In this document: positions 48,591 through 57,577 of the stretch, piece after piece
How positions within the stretch are numbered: position 1 is the first letter of the stretch
Layout of the letters: each line of letters opens with the position of its first letter
Assembly (NCBI GenBank): GCA_028284955.1
Contig: JANQQS010000005.1
Coordinates: 70,007 to 134,006, forward strand
Source of the DNA: Myxococcota bacterium
GTDB taxonomy: Bacteria; Myxococcota_A; Polyangia; Polyangiales; Houyiibacteriaceae
Reading direction: 5' to 3'
Length of the DNA: 64,000 bases
Notes under the pieces: model-generated
Database searches by the model: none
What the model saw: the letters and a program-made list of their open reading frames with translations, nothing else
Told to the model about the DNA's origin: nothing
Translations under genes and position numbers: made by a program

Positions 48591-49255
48591 AGCTTCCGAG
48601 TCGGAGAGTGAAAATCATCGCAGTGGGAGTGACGCTCATCGCCATCGCTGTGCTTATCGCACTGGCAGCGATCGGAAACCGTCCAAGCAAACCCAAAAAC
48701 GCAACATCGGCGAACGCGAAGCGAGCGGATTCAGAAAGCCAGACGAAAGTCGAACGCACTGGCTCGAAACGGTATCGAACCGAGGACTTCCCGATTCGGA
48801 GCGCTCGTGACTTTCTGTTTTACAGCACGAGCTACAACTGGGAAGCCGCGGGCAGCTATGTCACCTCCATAGACGCCAAGGGAAACGTGATTCACGTAAC
48901 TCCCGACAGAATCGACACCCCGACTGGCTTCCGAGTGGAATGGCGCCGAGGCTCGTTTCGACTTACGCCACAAGAGCTCAAAGCGTTCAAAGACCTTCTG
49001 ATTGAAATCCGCTTTCCCGAACTATCCGACGAATATATCGACACCGCGTGGGCCGACGGCTGGCAGTCTATCGATACGGTCATCGCGGGCGGAAAGCGCA
49101 AGAGTGTATTCACAAAAAACTGGGCCCCGAAGGAAATCGAACGACTTAATGATTGGCTGAGAGAACATATTTCGAGAGCTCCCGATCGCCAGCCTGAAGA
49201 CTACACCGTGATCTCTTACGAAGAAGCGGAACGCTATTGGAAGGAGAAACCATAG
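48587..49255 (+). CDS. N-terminally anchored protein, putative immunity partner 2
   Basis: GTGA overlap; TM helix; RYRTEDFPIRSARDF..KNWAPKEIE shared with partner 1. Confidence 0.78.
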   Translation: MKLPSRRVKIIAVGVTLIAIAVLIALAAIGNRPSKPKNATSANAKRADSESQTKVERTGSKRYRTEDFPIRSARDFLFYSTSYNWEAAGSYVTSIDAKGNVIHVTPDRIDTPTGFRVEWRRGSFRLTPQELKAFKDLLIEIRFPELSDEYIDTAWADGWQSIDTVIAGGKRKSVFTKNWAPKEIERLNDWLREHISRAPDRQPEDYTVISYEEAERYWKEKP

Positions 49256-49341
49256 CGTCGCTCAAGGAGGCGAGGAGTTGCGTACAATCTAAGGCTTCTC
49301 AAGTCCGGCAAAATCGCTTTCCGGTCCCATTCTTTTCTTCT

Positions 49342-49872
49342 CTATTCGATGATGAAGTAGACCACGGGAATGGCGAAGATGCCCAGAAGTAGCCCACAGA
49401 AAAGCGTCAAGAAGAAGTGTTTTACGGTAGTTCCTAGCGAGAGACGACCTTCGGAGCGGCGTAGCAAAAGCCACGCGCTCGCGGTGGCAACGGCCACACA
49501 AATACTCACCACGATGCCCGACGCTTGCACCCAGCAATCAGGGCAATGGGCAAACGCCGTGCGCGGAATGAGCCAGAGTGCCGCGACGTAGACACCAGCC
49601 ACGGCGATCACGCCGCTGGTACCTTTGGAGGCGATATCACCTTGGCTACCGAACGTCGTGCCTTCCAGCGCAACGGGCTGACCATTGATCTTGACGGCCT
49701 TGGAGTAGCCCTTGGGTGAAAGACCGCTGCGGCCAACGTTGGGCAGCGGAGTCGGCACAAAGGGCGCCGGAGGCCCCGGCATCTTGCACACATTCGGCGT
49801 CGTCGCCGCCGCTACGCCGTTCGAGCCTTTGGTAACTGGAGTCTTCGGGCCGTTGATGGTGACCTTGCCCAT
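49342..49872 (-). pseudogene. Truncated DUF4150 (PAAR-like) N-terminus fused in frame to a small membrane protein
   Basis: First ~87 aa near-identical to 52992-53984; breaks at ASKGTSG, then three hydrophobic helices. Confidence 0.7.
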
Positions 49873-49982
49873 GATGCGGGGCTTATCGGTCGGAAGCGCG
49901 GAGAGTTGCGTGCGAAATCAGTCTTCTCAGGTCCGGGAAATTTCTTTCCCCGTCCCCGTTCTTTCCGTCCCCGTTCTTTCCC

Positions 49983-52091
49983 TCAACCGCGCTGAAACTT
50001 CGAGCCTTTGGCACGACGGGTTTTCTTGCGCTCGGCTCGGAACGCGCGCACGGCGCTGACAAGGAATCGAATTTGTTCGCGTCGATCGACTACACCAGCG
50101 TCATGAAGCTCAGTTAGCGACGACGCCAGGCAAAGCAGGTAGGATAGTGAACTCGTGTTCGCGTCGTAGCTGCAAGGGATTTCGGGGAACGTCACGCGCT
50201 CTCCGGCGCGAACGCCATAGAGACGATTGCGAACTCCGCCTGGCCAAAGCACTTCCACAACTCCTCTCTGGGCATGCCCCATGCCGAAAGACGCGATCAA
50301 ACTATCCTGCGACGCGTAGCTCGATCCTCCGAGCACTGGCGCCATGACGGCCTGGCCTCCCTTGGGTTTGAACGCTACCACCGCACCGATGCCGTCTCTA
50401 TTTGCTTTTCCGTGTCGTGTTAGCCCGGCGCCACCGACTAGTTCAACCTGCGCCCATTGATTGTGATTGTCCGCGCTGTTGATTTCGACCGAAAGCGTAC
50501 CATCAGGAAAAACCAACCCATTCCAAGTAAACATGAACGTGCTTGGGTCGCCGAACACTACATCGCCGAGAGGAGTGAACGTCGGAACGATGCGAGCGTC
50601 GACGTCAAACTCGCCGCCAAATGTCGGTACCCCTACGAGCGGCAATGGCTCTGGGATATCGAAGTTTGAAACGGAGACGATGTCGACAAAACCATCATTG
50701 TTCAAATCACCAACCGCCATTCCATGCACGGTTCGCCGATTGTGGTCGGTTGACCCAGCCAGCGCGTCTACATCGCGAACGAAGTTCGCGCTCCCGTCGT
50801 TGCTCCAAACAACCCCTGGCGATGTCTCGACGAACGGGCCTGCGTCCAAACCACCATGAAAGACGATATCGGTGTCGCCGTCGTTGTCGTAGTCGAATGA
50901 CGACGTTCCCCAACCAAACGGGCTATATACTCGACCGTCACTCTCGCTATCTGTGAAAAACCCATCGTCCTGTTGCAAGAACCATCGGGAGTCTAGGTTG
51001 TATACGCTCGACAACTCCGGCGGCACACCCTGCACCGCGCCCGCAAACGGGCCAAAGTTCGTGACGAACAGATCAAGCGTGCCGCTTCGGTCGTAATCAC
51101 CAAACGCGAGCCCCATCCAGGTTCCAGCTTTCGCCATTCCCTTCTCCGAAGTCACGTTGGTGAAGTAGCCAGTCCCATCGTTTTCAAACAACTGAAGAAA
51201 GCCGCGGTCGATACCCCCCGCCACCGCTGGAGGAAACCCCGCCTGGTCGTCGGCTTGGACGATATCGACATCTCCATCCAAATCGTAGTCCACCAAGGAA
51301 ACCGCCCACGTAATTGTGTTGCTCCCAGGAGGTGCACCCGGTGACCGGTATAGATCGAGAATGCCCGACGACTCAGACACATCTGCGAATCGGTTGCGTC
51401 CTACATTGAGCAACAGCTGATTGGGTTGAATCCCTTCAAACGGCTCGACGAAGATCTGCGCTTGCTGGCTTTGGTCGAACACGTTTGCCACGAAAATATC
51501 GAGCAACCCATCTCCATTGACATCACCCATCGCGCACGAACTTGAATGAGAAAAGCCGGCCGCCCCCGCCGGAGCGGTCACATCGACAAACATGCCACCT
51601 TGGTTCTCATAGAGACGATTGCTCCCGAACGTCGACAGCACCATCAAATCAGGATCGCCATCGTTGTCCAAGTCGCCATAGCAAACGCCGGAAGAGTCCT
51701 GCTCGATGGCATCGACTCCAACATCGGCGGCGACGTCGACAAACTGAACAACACCGGTCTGAACAAACTGATTGGCGTAAAGACTATTCGCAGCGCCCGG
51801 ACCGTTTGTGACGTAGATGTCAAGGTCGCCATCGCTGTCGTAATCAAAAACAGCGACTCCCGGCGCACCGCGACTCTTCGTTGGCGACGCTACCAACGCG
51901 TCGAATGTGAACAATGGCAATTGCTTTTGTGCTTGCCAAATAGCCTCACTAGCCGACGGCGCACGACGGTACGTCACACCGGCTTGATCGCCGACCACAA
52001 TGTCGTCGAACACGACCCCCTGCGCATACGTGACCCACGGCGACACAAGAACAAGCGCAGCGGAGAAACCGCTTTTGACTCGTACATCCAT
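49983..52091 (-). CDS. CRTAC1-family protein (FG-GAP/VCBS repeats + ASPIC/UnbV)
   Basis: FDYDSDGDLDIYV repeats; NRDGIGAVV..GGSSYASQ..FGMG..VEVLWPGG. Confidence 0.92.
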   Translation of the reverse strand: MDVRVKSGFSAALVLVSPWVTYAQGVVFDDIVVGDQAGVTYRRAPSASEAIWQAQKQLPLFTFDALVASPTKSRGAPGVAVFDYDSDGDLDIYVTNGPGAANSLYANQFVQTGVVQFVDVAADVGVDAIEQDSSGVCYGDLDNDGDPDLMVLSTFGSNRLYENQGGMFVDVTAPAGAAGFSHSSSCAMGDVNGDGLLDIFVANVFDQSQQAQIFVEPFEGIQPNQLLLNVGRNRFADVSESSGILDLYRSPGAPPGSNTITWAVSLVDYDLDGDVDIVQADDQAGFPPAVAGGIDRGFLQLFENDGTGYFTNVTSEKGMAKAGTWMGLAFGDYDRSGTLDLFVTNFGPFAGAVQGVPPELSSVYNLDSRWFLQQDDGFFTDSESDGRVYSPFGWGTSSFDYDNDGDTDIVFHGGLDAGPFVETSPGVVWSNDGSANFVRDVDALAGSTDHNRRTVHGMAVGDLNNDGFVDIVSVSNFDIPEPLPLVGVPTFGGEFDVDARIVPTFTPLGDVVFGDPSTFMFTWNGLVFPDGTLSVEINSADNHNQWAQVELVGGAGLTRHGKANRDGIGAVVAFKPKGGQAVMAPVLGGSSYASQDSLIASFGMGHAQRGVVEVLWPGGVRNRLYGVRAGERVTFPEIPCSYDANTSSLSYLLCLASSLTELHDAGVVDRREQIRFLVSAVRAFRAERKKTRRAKGSKFQRG

Positions 52092-52224
52092 AATACCCCC
52101 TATTTTTGGACCCCGAACCGCCTATGGATATGTCGCCTCTTAACACACCTCCCACATTCGTTGTTGATAAAAACAAACGCCTTGGAGACCCCCGATCACA
52201 CCCCGAACGTCTTCTCCAGTTGAT

Positions 52225-52330
52225 CTACAGATTGTGGGCACTCGAACGCATGACCCAGCGTTCCTCGACGACCCCGATTCGGTATCCAAGATTTGGGACG
52301 ACGGTTTACTGTTTGGATCGGTGGCTTCTT
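52225..52330 (-). pseudogene. Degenerate paralogous immunity-gene tail
   Basis: TVVPNLGYRIGVVEERWVMRSSAHNL* versus TVVPDLGHRIGVIRGDWVMISSIHD* just upstream. Confidence 0.7.
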
Positions 52331-52336
52331 GTCGAA

Positions 52337-52978
52337 TCAGTCGTGGATGCTTGAAATCATCACCCAGTCTCCACGGATGACACCGATTCGATGTCCAAGA
52401 TCCGGCACCACAGTCCACAGTTCTGGATCAACGGTCTCGTGTCGAAACAACGCGAGAAGCGGAAACCCAAGATCAGTTTTCCCAAGCGCGCGGTCGTGAA
52501 CGATATCGACCAACGATTCGCCATTCTTTCGCCTCTGCTCCGTATCGTATTCTTCCTGATCGATCGAAAGGAGCGCGGAACACTCCAAGTCGAGCGCCAC
52601 AACGAGGTCTCCCATGATTCGGGTGAGCCATCTTGGACCCGGTTGCTGGACGGCGTTGCCAGAAAACTGAAGTCCGTACCGCACAGGAGCGAACGTTCGA
52701 CGAACAGACAGCACGAACTCGTGCGCTTCGATCCAAAATGGAAACTCGGCAACGTTGTACAAGCTCTCATCTTCGACCACGCTCGGAAACTCGTCTCGCG
52801 ACAAGCCAGATACATCCGCGATGGTTTTCGTATCTTCCGCGTCACCGAGCCAATGCAAGGCGTACTCTCCTCCGCCCTTCGCACCTCGAGCACGCAGGCA
52901 TGACCAAAATCGCTCCAGCACCTCCAGGTTGGACAGTGATGGTCGTGAAAACGCAATCGAATGAGCTTCTCGTGGCAT
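52337..52978 (-). CDS. Putative immunity protein
   Basis: Acidic 213-aa ORF 13 bp downstream of the toxin gene. Confidence 0.7.
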   Translation of the reverse strand: MPREAHSIAFSRPSLSNLEVLERFWSCLRARGAKGGGEYALHWLGDAEDTKTIADVSGLSRDEFPSVVEDESLYNVAEFPFWIEAHEFVLSVRRTFAPVRYGLQFSGNAVQQPGPRWLTRIMGDLVVALDLECSALLSIDQEEYDTEQRRKNGESLVDIVHDRALGKTDLGFPLLALFRHETVDPELWTVVPDLGHRIGVIRGDWVMISSIHD

Positions 52979-52991
52979 CGTGTTCTCAACA

Positions 52992-53984
52992 CTAAATTTG
53001 AATTACTTGGAGCTTACCAGGAGGCATACCCAACCCTCCGGCAAGTTTCCTGATTTGCTGCTCTGCTTTGTCATGACCACCTGGAATCTTGTAGATCACA
53101 CCCATGTCAGCATTTCGAGCGAGCATCACATTGCGCTTCATCTGTCTTCTATTGCGGCCGGTCTCATCCTCGCTCTTTGCTGGATAGAAATCCGCTCCGC
53201 TCTTGGCTTCAACCGCATGCATGGTGCCGCTTCGATCCTGACCGACATGATCGATTTCGGCTCCCATAGGCGCTCCGCAGTGTTTGCAAGAATGCGTCAC
53301 CTTGTGGTCATTCCCAGTCGACAAACAACTGCGCGACTCGCCGTGGGCGCGTTTCATCTCGCCTTCGGCCCGCAAGATCTCCGGCTCATTATGTTTCGCC
53401 GCCGCGTGCTCGTGGCGACCGCCAGGGCTCCGGTCACGAGCAAGCTGGTTTCTCCGATCTTTGAACTCTTCATCCGTCGGCGGACAATACGGCTCCCCTC
53501 CCTCTTCATGCCCAGGACGTGGATCCGCCTGGGACGCAGTCCCGTATCCGGGCTCCTGCACGATGCCCATCATCGTCGCCGCGTTCGGCGGGCTACCTCC
53601 GGGCCCGCAGTTGTTGAGCATCGGGTCGCCTAGCAAGTGCACCCGCTTGCCTTCGATTTTGACGTTCATCGAACCGGGACCGATGAACTTCGTGATGCCA
53701 TGCGCCGCGGAAGACACGATCCCGCCGCCAGTACCTTTAGAGGCGACATCACCTTGGCTACCGAATGTCGCGCCTTCTAGCGCAACGGGCTGACCATTGA
53801 TCTTGACGGTCTTGGAGTAGCCCTCGGGTGAAAGACCGCTGCGGCCAACATTGGGCAGCGGAGTCGGCACAAAAGGCGCGGGAGGCCCCGGCATCTTGCA
53901 CACGTTCGGCGTCGTCGCCGCCGCTACACCATTCGAGCCTCTAGTAACCGGAGTTTTCGGGCCGTTGATGGTGACCTTGCCCAT
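52992..53984 (-). CDS. DUF4150 (PAAR-like) polymorphic toxin with C-terminal PD-(D/E)XK-type nuclease
   Basis: PNVCKMPGPPAPFVPTPLPN..GSMNVKIEGK..DPMLNN; toxin EIDHV..VEAKSG with CKHC. Confidence 0.87.
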   Translation of the reverse strand: MGKVTINGPKTPVTRGSNGVAAATTPNVCKMPGPPAPFVPTPLPNVGRSGLSPEGYSKTVKINGQPVALEGATFGSQGDVASKGTGGGIVSSAAHGITKFIGPGSMNVKIEGKRVHLLGDPMLNNCGPGGSPPNAATMMGIVQEPGYGTASQADPRPGHEEGGEPYCPPTDEEFKDRRNQLARDRSPGGRHEHAAAKHNEPEILRAEGEMKRAHGESRSCLSTGNDHKVTHSCKHCGAPMGAEIDHVGQDRSGTMHAVEAKSGADFYPAKSEDETGRNRRQMKRNVMLARNADMGVIYKIPGGHDKAEQQIRKLAGGLGMPPGKLQVIQI

Positions 53985-54343
53985 GACGCGGGGCTTATCG
54001 GTTGGAGGTGCGGAGAGTTGAGAGTTGCGTGCGAAATCAGTCTTCTCAGGTCCGGGAAATTTCTTTCCCCGCCCCTCTCGTCCCCGCTCACACGATGAGT
54101 AGAACGGTAACGAAGAGCTTCGGGCTCCGAATAGCGATTAGGCCTATCGCGTGCCGAACAACGACCGTGCGCTAAGCGGAGCAACGAATGGGATCGTCAA
54201 CCACTCCTCCGACGCATGAAACCCCTTGTCACTATGTGTCGCGCCGAGTCCACTGTGGTCACGCCCAGACCCGCAACGAGTCGGGACCGTGATCGCATCC
54301 AACTCACCGAAATCACAAGGGGTTCGTCACATCCGCTTGGTGC

Positions 54344-54389
54344 GCTCACAACCCGAAGGTCGTCGGTTCAAATCCGGCCCCCGCAACCA
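54344..54389 (+). other. 3' half of tRNA-fMet (att-site-like fragment, not an intact tRNA)
   Basis: GCTCACAACCCGAAGGTCGTCGGTTCAAATCCGGCCCCCGCAACCA; no 5' acceptor or D arm upstream. Confidence 0.8.
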
Positions 54390-54394
54390 TGGTC

Positions 54395-54425
54395 AAGGGC
54401 GGACCTATTCGGGCCCACCCTTTTT
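54395..54425 (+). terminator. Hairpin + U-tract after the tRNA fragment
   Basis: aagggcggacc-tattc-gggcccaccc-ttttt, imperfect stem. Confidence 0.45.
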
Positions 54426-54494
54426 CCTTTTGGCCGGATTTCGTTGTTTATTGTGCGTTCGCTGACGCGAACGCGCGGCCCCCGCTGGTGTTGT

Positions 54495-54522
54495 TGGTTG
54501 CGGGGGCCGGATTTGAACCGAC
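54495..54522 (-). other. Second, inverted 28-bp tRNA-fMet 3' end
   Basis: Exact reverse complement of 54362-54389. Confidence 0.8.
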
Positions 54523-54659
54523 TTGTTTTGGTGCGCATCGGATTTGGGTGAGGACAGTCCGCACCTATCGAACTTATTGTTCTCAAGGTCCACGCCCAGT
54601 CGCTCTGGTAGAGTTCGACTTCTGGGCCGGGTGCCGGCCCGCCTTCGGGGGAGCGTCGA

Positions 54660-56333
54660 ATGTTGGAGCAAGAGGTGGTCAGGCGGTGGCCGATTCCCCT
54701 GACCGAGGGCGGCAACAAAAATATTGAGATCAAAAACAGCGACCGGCTATTCATCGTCGGGGCAAATGGCACGGGGAAGTCGGCCCTGATTCAACACGGG
54801 CTGGAGAGACTCGGAAAACCGATCCGCCGGATGTCGGCTCATCGTCAGAACTGGATGGTGTCCAGCCACATTGAGCTTAACTCTCGTTCTCGGCGCGAGA
54901 TGGAGACCCGCCTCCACCAGAGAGATGTTCAGCACGAGGGTCGCTGGAAGGATGACCAAGCTGGCCAGCGGCTCGCAGCAATTCTGTTCGACCTGGTCGC
55001 AGCAGAGAATGAACGGTCTCGTCGCGTCACCGAGCTCATCGACGCCAAGAAAGCCGATGCGGCAGTAAAGCAAGCCGCCGATACCCCGTCGCCATTCTTG
55101 AAAATCAACGACCTGCTGGCAGCGGGGAACTTTAGTGTCAGGCTCCGGGCAAAGAGGGGGGAAGAGATACTGGCTGAACATCGGGACGGGCAGCTTTTCG
55201 GCATGGCAAAGCTCTCGGATGGGGAAAGGAACGCCGCGATCCTGGGTGCAACGGTGCTCACCGTGGATCCCGGCACACTTCTTCTGATTGACGAGCCTGA
55301 GCGCCACCTGCACCGCTCCATCATCGAGCCATTTCTCACAGCGCTCTTTGACTGTCGCCCCGACTGTCCGTTCATCGTTTCCACACATGAGTTGTCGCTT
55401 CCTGTGGCGGCGAAGGACGCAAGGGTTCTGCTTCCCCGAGGCTGCGAGTGGTCGGGTGAGAGTGTGCATTCTTGGACGTTGGATGTGTTAACGGCAGGGG
55501 CCGAACTACCGGACGACCTTCGGCACTCAATCCTCGGCTCTAGGCGCAAGATCCTCTTCGTGGAAGGCGAGCACAGCAGCCTGGACTTGCCCGTCTACGA
55601 AGCCCTCTTTAACGACGTGTCCGTGGTTCCGAAGGGTGGTTGTTCCGAGGTGATCCGAGCGGTGAAAGGGCTGCGGTCCGCTGAGAGCCTGCACTGGGTC
55701 GAAGCCACGGGCCTGATTGATCGGGATGACCGAGAAGAGAAGGAACTGTCCTCTCTGCGTGATGGTGGCATCCACGGGCTCAACGTGCATTCGGTTGAGT
55801 CCCTCTACTTCTCCAAGCCAATGAGGGTTGCCGTAGCGAAGCGGCAGGCTGAAACTTACGATGTCGATCCTGACGATATGCTGAAGCAGGCCGAGGAAGC
55901 GGCGATGAAGGAGCTAGGCCAGCTCGAGACAAAGAAGCACCTCAGCGCCCGCAGGATCGAGCGCAAAGTGAGAGATGCCGTGATGTCACAGATCCCTGGC
56001 TGCAAGGAGATCAAGGGTGGCACAGGCGCTCCGATCACGATCCAGGTTGACTCGGGGCTGCCGGAAGAAATCGACCGCTACGAGGCGCTGCTTCAGGCCA
56101 AGGATTTCGACGGCCTCATTGCCCGCTACCCGGTAAGGGAGACGAACGCGCTGACCAACCTCGCGGCCAAGCTGAAGTTCAGGCCCAAAGAGAATTACGA
56201 GCAGGCAGCGCGGGCGCAGCTTGCCAAAGATGATGAGCTAGTAGCTGAGTTGCGGAAGCTGCTCGGCACTCTCACCGAGGCGCTGACGGGACAGTCGAAA
56301 GCCGAGGTCGATTCTTCTCCGTCCCCTCCGTAG
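54660..56333 (+). CDS. ABC-type ATPase fused to TOPRIM/DUF4435-like domain (fused PARIS-like defence protein)
   Basis: GANGTGKS, LSDGE, LLIDEPERHLH, STH; ILFVEG..SLD, GGC, GLIDRD. Confidence 0.82.
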   Translation: MLEQEVVRRWPIPLTEGGNKNIEIKNSDRLFIVGANGTGKSALIQHGLERLGKPIRRMSAHRQNWMVSSHIELNSRSRREMETRLHQRDVQHEGRWKDDQAGQRLAAILFDLVAAENERSRRVTELIDAKKADAAVKQAADTPSPFLKINDLLAAGNFSVRLRAKRGEEILAEHRDGQLFGMAKLSDGERNAAILGATVLTVDPGTLLLIDEPERHLHRSIIEPFLTALFDCRPDCPFIVSTHELSLPVAAKDARVLLPRGCEWSGESVHSWTLDVLTAGAELPDDLRHSILGSRRKILFVEGEHSSLDLPVYEALFNDVSVVPKGGCSEVIRAVKGLRSAESLHWVEATGLIDRDDREEKELSSLRDGGIHGLNVHSVESLYFSKPMRVAVAKRQAETYDVDPDDMLKQAEEAAMKELGQLETKKHLSARRIERKVRDAVMSQIPGCKEIKGGTGAPITIQVDSGLPEEIDRYEALLQAKDFDGLIARYPVRETNALTNLAAKLKFRPKENYEQAARAQLAKDDELVAELRKLLGTLTEALTGQSKAEVDSSPSPP

Positions 56334-56509
56334 TACCCCGATGGCCTACGCATACGAGCCAATCTCCGTCTGAAAATCCTTCCTCAAGAACACCGAATCC
56401 CAGACTCCACCCCGGCCATCACCTTGGCTCTGAGCACCAGGGCCGAAGCAGTTTTGGAAGATGGTCGGACGTCCCCCCTGGCTCAACTTTGCCGATGTGG
56501 AGACGAGCG

Positions 56510-56632
56510 GATACGGCTCCTCCTTCGCTCACCACCAGGCCCGAAGGGCAAGAAGCCGATCCGCATGCTGCAATGAAGACGGAGGTCATACTCAATGCAA
56601 GCGATGTGGTTGGTCGCTGGTCGTTGCGTTCC
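56510..56632 (-). pseudogene. Truncated third copy (5' end) of the Cys-rich lipoprotein
   Basis: LALSMTSVFIAACGSASCPSGLVVSEGG matches N-terminus of 56639-57568. Confidence 0.7.
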
Positions 56633-56638
56633 ATTCTA

Positions 56639-57568
56639 TCAAAACGGATTGCAGGTTTCCGGGTCGCCATCACAAGCTGCCCCGTTTCGGCAATCATTTG
56701 ATCCAGCACATTCATACGTGCAGGCAAAGGTCGATCCCATTTGCCGACACACTCCATCATCGAGCCCGGGGACACCACAGTCATCGGTGGCCGTATCCTC
56801 GGCGCATGCGTCGCGAAAACTGAGAATCGCTTCGCACGTTGTGTCTGCCTCAGCGATCACACAATAGAGCGCCTCAACTCCACCCAAACTCGTGCGCATG
56901 CGTTGAGCAAACTGCCGCGGGGGACAATTGGCGCTAGGATCGTCAGTGGCTGTTTGATGGCTTGCAAGGTCGAGCATGCAGTAGTTACCTCGGCTTGCTC
57001 CGTTGAATTCGAGTGGCACACAGCGCCGAACCCCCACTTCATCGGTGGTTATGCACTCTTCGTCGGACACGCATGGCTGACAAAAACCGAGCGTTCCCTG
57101 GCACTCAAACGTGCTCAGATTGCACATCCGGTTTCCGATAGGCCGACCGACTTCGATGGGAGGACAAGAGGTCTCTTGAGTCGCTTCGGTACATTCGACA
57201 CAAACCCCCGTCCCGGTCTCACATACCGGCGTATCCGAAAACCGAGCGCACTGGTCGTCATCCATACACGGTGAGCACGTGTTGCTCTCCGTATTGCATC
57301 TCGGTGCCGCAGGGTCCGTACATTGCGTGTCTTGCACGCATCCCACGCAGCGGTTGCTCGTCTCATCGCACACCGGCGTATCCCCGCTGCAGCCTCCGCA
57401 CGGGCCCGCGTCCGCTTCCCCATCAGGTCGTGCATCAGCGCCTGCATCGAGCGCGAGGCACCACCCGCCTTCGCTCGCCACGAAGCCTGAAGGACACGAG
57501 GCAGATCCGCATGCGGCGGCGAAGAGGAAGATCATACTCAGAGCGAGCAACGTGATCGATTGAGGCAT
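56639..57568 (-). CDS. Cys-rich lipoprotein, tandem paralog 1
   Basis: AAAC; CGGCSGDTPVCD..RCVGC..CVECT repeats. Confidence 0.85.
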   Translation of the reverse strand: MPQSITLLALSMIFLFAAACGSASCPSGFVASEGGWCLALDAGADARPDGEADAGPCGGCSGDTPVCDETSNRCVGCVQDTQCTDPAAPRCNTESNTCSPCMDDDQCARFSDTPVCETGTGVCVECTEATQETSCPPIEVGRPIGNRMCNLSTFECQGTLGFCQPCVSDEECITTDEVGVRRCVPLEFNGASRGNYCMLDLASHQTATDDPSANCPPRQFAQRMRTSLGGVEALYCVIAEADTTCEAILSFRDACAEDTATDDCGVPGLDDGVCRQMGSTFACTYECAGSNDCRNGAACDGDPETCNPF

Positions 57569-57577
57569 CCTAATTCG

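Noticed and set aside
52360-52992. Alternative 210-aa minus-strand ORF as the immunity gene
   Set aside because: Arg/Ser-rich off-frame composition; the degenerate paralog tail conserves the 52337-52978 frame
54300-54389. Intact tRNA-Met/Val gene
   Set aside because: Only anticodon loop to CCA is present; upstream sequence cannot form the acceptor stem or D arm
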